In this document: positions 22,582 through 27,388 of the stretch, piece after piece
Layout of the letters: the number at the start of each line of letters is the position of its first letter
Position numbering within the stretch: the stretch's first letter is position 1
IMG/VR virus record: IMGVR_UViG_2563366848_000006
From: a virus
Lineage: Duplodnaviria > Heunggongvirae > Uroviricota > Caudoviricetes
Strand: one strand, 5' to 3'
DNA length: 27,388 nucleotides
Position numbers and translations under genes: made by a program
Notes under the pieces: generated by a model
Told to the model about the DNA's origin: nothing
Databases searched by the model: none
The model's input: the letters and a program-made list of their open reading frames with translations, nothing else

Positions 22582-22639
22582 TTTCTGGTGACGTTTGGCG
22601 GTATCAGTTTTACTCCGTGACTGCTCTGCCGCCCTTTTT
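22582..22639 (+). ncRNA. dicF: DicF small regulatory RNA with intrinsic terminator
   Basis: Sequence TTTCTGGTGACGTTTGGCGGTATCAGTTTTACTCCGTGACTGCTCTGCCGCCC followed by TTTTT matches DicF as I recall it; lies between ydfC and dicB as in Qin. Confidence 0.85.
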
Positions 22640-22808
22640 AAAGTGAATTTTGTGATGTGGTGAATGCGGCTGAGCGCACGCGGAACAGTTAAAACCAAAA
22701 ACAGTGTTATGGGTGGATTCTCTGTATCCGGCGTTAATTGTTAACTGGTTAACGTCACCTGGAGGCACCAGGCACTGCATCACAAAATTCATTGTTGAGG
22801 ACGCGATA

Positions 22809-22997
22809 ATGAAAACGTTATTACCAAACGTTAATACGTCTGAAGGTTGTTTTGAAATTGGTGTCACTATCAGTAACCCAGTATTTACTGAAGATGCCAT
22901 TAACAAGAGAAAACAAGAACGGGAGCTATTAAATAAAATATGCATTGTTTCAATGCTGGCTCGTTTACGTCTGATGCCAAAAGGATGTGCACAATGA
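22809..22997 (+). CDS. dicB: DicB cell-division inhibitor (62 aa)
   Basis: Internal start of track ORF 22704-22997: MKTLLPNVNTSEGCFEIGVTISNPVFTEDAINKRKQERELLNKICIVSMLARLRLMPKGCAQ, recognised as DicB. Confidence 0.9.
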   Translation: MKTLLPNVNTSEGCFEIGVTISNPVFTEDAINKRKQERELLNKICIVSMLARLRLMPKGCAQ

Positions 22998-23185
22998 ATT
23001 CAGCATTTGTGCTTGTTCTGACAGTTTTTCTTGTTTCCGGAGAGCCAGTTGATATTGCAGTCAGTGTTCACAGGACAATGCAGGAGTGTATGACTGCAGC
23101 AACCGAACAGAAAATTCCCGGTAACTGTTACCCGGTCGATAAAGTTATTCACCAGGATAATATCGAAATCCCGGCAGGTCTTTAA
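22994..23185 (+). CDS. ydfD: YdfD (63 aa), small membrane/lysis-associated protein
   Basis: MNSAFVLVLTVFLVSGEPVDIAVSVHRTMQECMTAATEQKIPGNCYPVDKVIHQDNIEIPAGL; N-terminal hydrophobic segment; start overlaps the dicB stop (ATGA). Confidence 0.8.
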   Translation: MNSAFVLVLTVFLVSGEPVDIAVSVHRTMQECMTAATEQKIPGNCYPVDKVIHQDNIEIPAGL

Positions 23186-23277
23186 AACAGTTCCGTAATA
23201 AATATCCGGTTTCATTCTTATATGCCAGCAATGGCAGGGATTTGTTCATCCTTAAATCTGTCATGAGGTTAAAACAA

Positions 23278-25749
23278 ATGAGTAAAGTCTTTATTTGCGC
23301 CGCTATTCCTGACGAACTGGCAACAAGGGAAGAAGGCGCTGTGGCTGTAGCCACAGCCATTGAAGCTGGCGACGAACGCCGTGCTCGAGCAAAATTTCAC
23401 TGGCAATTCCTGGAACATTATCCGGCTGCTCAGGACTGCGCTTATAAATTTATTGTCTGCGAGGATAAACCTGGCATACCCCGCCCTGCCCTCGATTCAT
23501 GGGATGCTGAATATATGCAGGAAAACCGCTGGGATGAGGAGTCTGCTTCTTTTGTCCCGGTTGAGACTGAATCCGATCCGATGAACGTCACTTTTGGCAA
23601 GCTGGCCCCTGAAGTACAGAACGCTGTCATGGTTAAGTTCGACACATGTGAAAACATCACCGTTGATATGGTTATTAGCGCACAGGAATTGTTGCAGGAA
23701 GACATGGCAACATTCGACGGACATATCGTTGAAGCGTTGATGAAAATGCCAGAAGTTAACGCCATGTATCCGGAGCTTAAGTTGCACGCCATTGGGTGGG
23801 TTAAGCATAAATGTATTCCTGGTGCTAAATGGCCCGAAATTCAGGCAGAGATGCGCATCTGGAAAAAACGTCGCGAAGGTGAACGCAAGGAAACCGGAAA
23901 ATACACGTCTGTTGTTGATCTCGCCCGCGCCAGAGCCAATCAACAGTACACTGAAAATTCAACAGGAAAAATCAGCCCGGTCATTGCTGCCATTCATCGC
24001 GAATACAAGCAGACATGGAAAACACTGGATGACGAACTGGCCTACGCTCTCTGGCCTAGTGATGTGGATGCCGGAAACATTGACGGCAGCATCCATCGCT
24101 GGGCAAAAAAAGAAGTTATCGACAACGACCGCGAAGACTGGAAGCGTATCTCGGCATCAATGCGCAAACAGCCTGATGCCCTTCGCTACGACCGCCAAAC
24201 TATTTTTGGCCTTGTCCGTGAGCGTCCGATCGACATTCACAAAGATCCCGTAGCACTGAACAAATATATCTGCGAATACCTGACGACAAAGGGCGTGTTT
24301 GAGAATGAAGAAACAGACCTGGGCACTGTTGATGTTCTCCAGTCATCAGAAACACAAACTGATGCAGTGGAAACTGAGGTATCTGATATCCCAAAAAATG
24401 AAACCGCGCCGGAAGCTGAACCATCTGTAGAGCGTGAGGGGCCGTTCTATTTCCTCTTCGCAGATAAGGACGGAGAAAAATACGGTCGCGCAAACAAACT
24501 CTCTGGTCTGGATAAGGCACTGGCTGCTGGCGCCACTGAAATCACAAAAGAAGAATATTTTGCCCGAAAAAATGGCACATACACGGGCTTACCGCAAAAT
24601 GTAGATACCGCTGAAGATTCAGAACAACCAGAGCCGATAAAAGTTACCGCTGACGAAGTAAACAAAATTATGCAGGCAGCCAATATCAGCCAGCCTGACG
24701 CCGATAAGTTGCTTGCTGCATCACGTGGTGAATTTGTTGAAGGGATTAGTGACCCGAATGATCCGAAATGGGTTAAGGGGCTCCAGACCCGCGATTCTGT
24801 GAACCAGAACCAGCATGAATCGGAACGGAACTACCAAAAAGCGGAACAAAACAGTCCAAATGCGTTACAAAACGAGCCAGAAACGAAACAGCCTGAACCA
24901 GTAGCGCAACAGGAAGTGGAAAAAGTCTGCACCGCCTGCGGTCAGACCGGCGGCGGCAACTGCCCTGATTGTGGCGCGGTGATGGGCGACGCAACATACC
25001 AAGAAACATTCGATGAAGAGTATCAGGTTGAAGTTCAGGAAGATGATCCGGAGGAAATGGAAGGCGCTGAACATCCACACAAGGAGAACACTGGCGGCAA
25101 TCAGCATCACAATAGCGATAATGAAACTGGCGAGACGGCAGATCACCCAATTAAGGTGAACGGTCATCGCGAAATCACATCCACCAGCAGGACGTGTGAC
25201 CATCTAATGATCGACCTTGAAACCATGGGAAAAAATCCTGATGCCCCGATCATCTCAATAGGTGCAATATTTTTCGATCCGCAAACCGGAGATATGGGAC
25301 CGGAATTTAGTAAGACTATCGATCTGGAAACTGCTGGCGGAGTCATTGATCGGGACACCATTAAATGGTGGCTTAAGCAATCACGCGAAGCGCAATCTGC
25401 CATTATGACCGATGAAATCCCGTTAGATGATGCACTGTTACAATTGCGAGAATTTATCGACGAAAACTCCGGTGAATTTTTTGTTCAGGTTTGGGGAAAT
25501 GGAGCCAACTTCGACAACACGATTTTGCGCCGTTCATACGAACGGCAGGGGATCCCCTGCCCGTGGCGTTACTACAACGATCGCGATGTACGCACAATCG
25601 TTGAGCTGGGGAAAGCCATAGACTTCGATGCCAGAACGGCTATTCCATTCGAAGGTGAGCGCCATAATGCACTTGATGACGCCCGTTACCAGGCAAAATA
25701 CGTTTCAGTTATCTGGCAAAAACTGATCCCGAGTCAGGCTGATTCTTAA
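23278..25749 (+). CDS. Large exonuclease-like protein (823 aa; ydfE-like / 'exonuclease VIII'-type) with internal Cys4 zinc ribbon and C-terminal DEDDh 3'-5' exonuclease domain
   Basis: Track ORF 23242-25749; start chosen at MSKVFICAAIPDE (GAGG 9 nt upstream). C-terminal domain carries DEDDh motifs (MIDLETMG; WGNGANFD; HNALDDARY). Zinc-ribbon-like CTACGQTGGGNCPDCG. Long acidic, low-complexity middle region. Confidence 0.75.
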   Translation: MSKVFICAAIPDELATREEGAVAVATAIEAGDERRARAKFHWQFLEHYPAAQDCAYKFIVCEDKPGIPRPALDSWDAEYMQENRWDEESASFVPVETESDPMNVTFGKLAPEVQNAVMVKFDTCENITVDMVISAQELLQEDMATFDGHIVEALMKMPEVNAMYPELKLHAIGWVKHKCIPGAKWPEIQAEMRIWKKRREGERKETGKYTSVVDLARARANQQYTENSTGKISPVIAAIHREYKQTWKTLDDELAYALWPSDVDAGNIDGSIHRWAKKEVIDNDREDWKRISASMRKQPDALRYDRQTIFGLVRERPIDIHKDPVALNKYICEYLTTKGVFENEETDLGTVDVLQSSETQTDAVETEVSDIPKNETAPEAEPSVEREGPFYFLFADKDGEKYGRANKLSGLDKALAAGATEITKEEYFARKNGTYTGLPQNVDTAEDSEQPEPIKVTADEVNKIMQAANISQPDADKLLAASRGEFVEGISDPNDPKWVKGLQTRDSVNQNQHESERNYQKAEQNSPNALQNEPETKQPEPVAQQEVEKVCTACGQTGGGNCPDCGAVMGDATYQETFDEEYQVEVQEDDPEEMEGAEHPHKENTGGNQHHNSDNETGETADHPIKVNGHREITSTSRTCDHLMIDLETMGKNPDAPIISIGAIFFDPQTGDMGPEFSKTIDLETAGGVIDRDTIKWWLKQSREAQSAIMTDEIPLDDALLQLREFIDENSGEFFVQVWGNGANFDNTILRRSYERQGIPCPWRYYNDRDVRTIVELGKAIDFDARTAIPFEGERHNALDDARYQAKYVSVIWQKLIPSQADS

Positions 25750-25821
25750 TGTTCAACTGTCGCCGGTTGTGACTGGTATTCTGCAACCGGCGCTCGTCTG
25801 ATGTAAGAGATAAAGAAATCG

Positions 25822-26073
25822 ATGAGCGAAGTAATCATGATTGTCTCTCCCGGCAAATGGGTATCCGAAGAGCAGTTAATTGCGCTGAAAGGAATAAAAA
25901 AAGGTACGTTAAAAAAGGCCCGGGAAAAATCGTTTATGGAAGGAAGGGAATATAAGCATGTCGCTCATGACGGTATGCCATGGGATAACAGTCCATGCTT
26001 TTACAACCTGGAAGAAATTGATCGCTGGATTGAGCGCCAGGCATCAGCGAGACCAAGACGTCATCTTACTTGA
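25822..26073 (+). CDS. xis: Excisionase-like protein (83 aa)
   Basis: ORF track 83 aa; small basic protein immediately upstream of the integrase on the same strand, with a GREYKH motif reminiscent of excisionase-family DNA-binding proteins. Confidence 0.65.
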   Translation: MSEVIMIVSPGKWVSEEQLIALKGIKKGTLKKAREKSFMEGREYKHVAHDGMPWDNSPCFYNLEEIDRWIERQASARPRRHLT

Positions 26074-26107
26074 CTAAAAGCCACACTAACTAATGAGAGA
26101 AGTTGAA

Positions 26108-27388
26108 ATGAAATATCCGACAGGCGTGGAAAACCATGGAGGGAAATTACGTATCTGGTTTGTTTATAAAGACGTAAGAGTCAGGGAAAATCTGGGGGTT
26201 CCTGACACAGCAAAAAACAGGCGCGTTGCAGGTGAACTACGCTCCTCTGTTTGTTACGCAATAAAAACTGGTGTTTTCGACTATGCAAAACAGTTTCCCT
26301 CCTCACGCAATCTGGAAAAATTTGGTGAGGCCCGACAAGATTTAACCATAAAAGAACTGGCTGAAAAATTTCTGGCACTGAAAGAAACTGAAGTCGCCAA
26401 AACATCACTCAACACATACCGTGCCGTCATCAAAAATATCCTGAGCATAATCGGTGAAAAAAATCTTGCCTCATCGATTAATAAAGAAAAATTACTGGAG
26501 GTTCGTAAAGAGTTACTGACTGGATACCAGATCCCCAAAAGTAACTATATTGTTACACAACCAGGGAGATCGGCTGTAACTGTAAATAATTACATGACAA
26601 ATCTTAACGCCGTGTTCCAGTTTGGTGTTGATAACGGTTACCTGGCAGATAATCCGTTTAAGGGGATCTCGCCATTAAAGGAATCAAGAACCATTCCGGA
26701 TCCTCTTTCGCGGGAAGAATTTATCCGTCTTATCGATGCGTGCAGAAATCAGCAAGCAAAAAATTTATGGTGTGTTTCTGTTTATACTGGAGTTCGCCCT
26801 GGTGAGCTGTGTGCACTTGGATGGGAGGACATAGATCTGAAAAATGGAACAATGATGATCAGGAGAAATTTAGCAAAAGACCGTTTCACGGTACCAAAAA
26901 CACAGGCGGGAACCAATCGGGTCATTCATCTTATTAAGCCAGCAATCGACGCTCTCCGGAGTCAGATGACATTAACGAGACTGAGCAAAGAGCATATCAT
27001 TGATGTTCACCTCAGAGAGTATGGCAGAACAGAAAAACAAAAATGCACCTTTGTTTTTCAACCTGAAGTGTCAGCGAGAGTAAAAAATTATGGTGACCAT
27101 TTTACCGTTGACTCAATAAGGCAGATGTGGGACGCAGCGATAAAACGTGCCGGACTCCGCCATCGAAAATCATATCAGTCGAGACATACTTATGCCTGCT
27201 GGTCGCTGACAGCTGGTGCTAACCCGGCATTTATAGCAAACCAGATGGGCCATGCAGATGCGCAAATGGTATTTCAGGTATACGGAAAATGGATGTCTGA
27301 AAACAATAATGCACAGGTAGCTTTGTTAAATACACAGTTAAGCGAGTTTGCCCCAACCATGCCCCATAACGAAGCAATGAAAAATTAA
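26108..27388 (+). CDS. int: Tyrosine site-specific integrase (~426 aa)
   Basis: Track ORF 26093-27388; likely start MKYPTGVENHGGKLRIWF (GAGAGAAG upstream). C-terminal catalytic region has conserved R...HxxR...Y context (RHRKSYQSRHTYACW...QMGHADAQMVFQVYGKW), typical of lambda-family integrases (Rac IntR-like). Ends at the last base of the window. Confidence 0.9.
   Translation: MKYPTGVENHGGKLRIWFVYKDVRVRENLGVPDTAKNRRVAGELRSSVCYAIKTGVFDYAKQFPSSRNLEKFGEARQDLTIKELAEKFLALKETEVAKTSLNTYRAVIKNILSIIGEKNLASSINKEKLLEVRKELLTGYQIPKSNYIVTQPGRSAVTVNNYMTNLNAVFQFGVDNGYLADNPFKGISPLKESRTIPDPLSREEFIRLIDACRNQQAKNLWCVSVYTGVRPGELCALGWEDIDLKNGTMMIRRNLAKDRFTVPKTQAGTNRVIHLIKPAIDALRSQMTLTRLSKEHIIDVHLREYGRTEKQKCTFVFQPEVSARVKNYGDHFTVDSIRQMWDAAIKRAGLRHRKSYQSRHTYACWSLTAGANPAFIANQMGHADAQMVFQVYGKWMSENNNAQVALLNTQLSEFAPTMPHNEAMKN

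Noticed and set aside
23360-25403. Multiple 70-150 aa ORFs in alternative frames within the 823-aa exonuclease-like gene
   Set aside because: Embedded in a long continuous ORF with recognisable domain motifs; treated as noise.

Overview
This window reads as a near-complete Qin-type lambdoid prophage of an E. coli-like enterobacterium, running on the + strand from the virion left arm to the integrase. All identifications are by reading the sequence and the supplied ORF track and by recognition of well-known proteins; no database search was run. Right to left on the minus strand: portal B (partial), W, terminase A and Nu1 (near-identical to lambda), then the exact lambda cosN cohesive-end sequence (3744-3755). 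Next come two divergent cos-proximal genes (ynfO-like RHH protein, ydfO-like), a gnsB-like gene, and a lysis cassette (S21-type holin, ydfR-like gene, lysozyme-family endolysin, Rz/Rz1) interleaved with three CspA-family genes. Upstream of that lie a Q antiterminator with a promoter-terminator pair resembling lambda PR'-tR', ydfU, rem, and a toxin cluster (hokD, relE, relB) with divergent ydfV and a sigma28-promoter flxA. The replication/nin-equivalent region (14.3-19.6 kb) holds a 437-aa DDE integrase/transposase-like gene, a degenerate stretch of short ORFs, a truncated DNA methyltransferase-like ORF and an O-like initiator with no helicase loader. The immunity and early region follows: dicC, DicA operator palindromes, dicA, ydfA, ydfB, ydfC, then an intact 1195-bp IS5 with TTAA duplications inserted 39 bp upstream of the DicF sRNA, then dicB, ydfD, a full-length 823-aa exonuclease-like gene (ydfE-like, C-terminal DEDDh 3'-5' exonuclease domain), excisionase and tyrosine integrase ending at the window edge. 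I see no compelling evidence of a wholly new system; the most interesting items are the IS5 insertion in the dicB operon, the ynfO-ydfO pair, the exonuclease gene and the decayed replication region. No tRNA, rRNA or CRISPR array was seen. One caveat: my reading of the printed text near 14460 disagrees by one base with the frame implied by the ORF track, so self-derived coordinates there may be off by 1.
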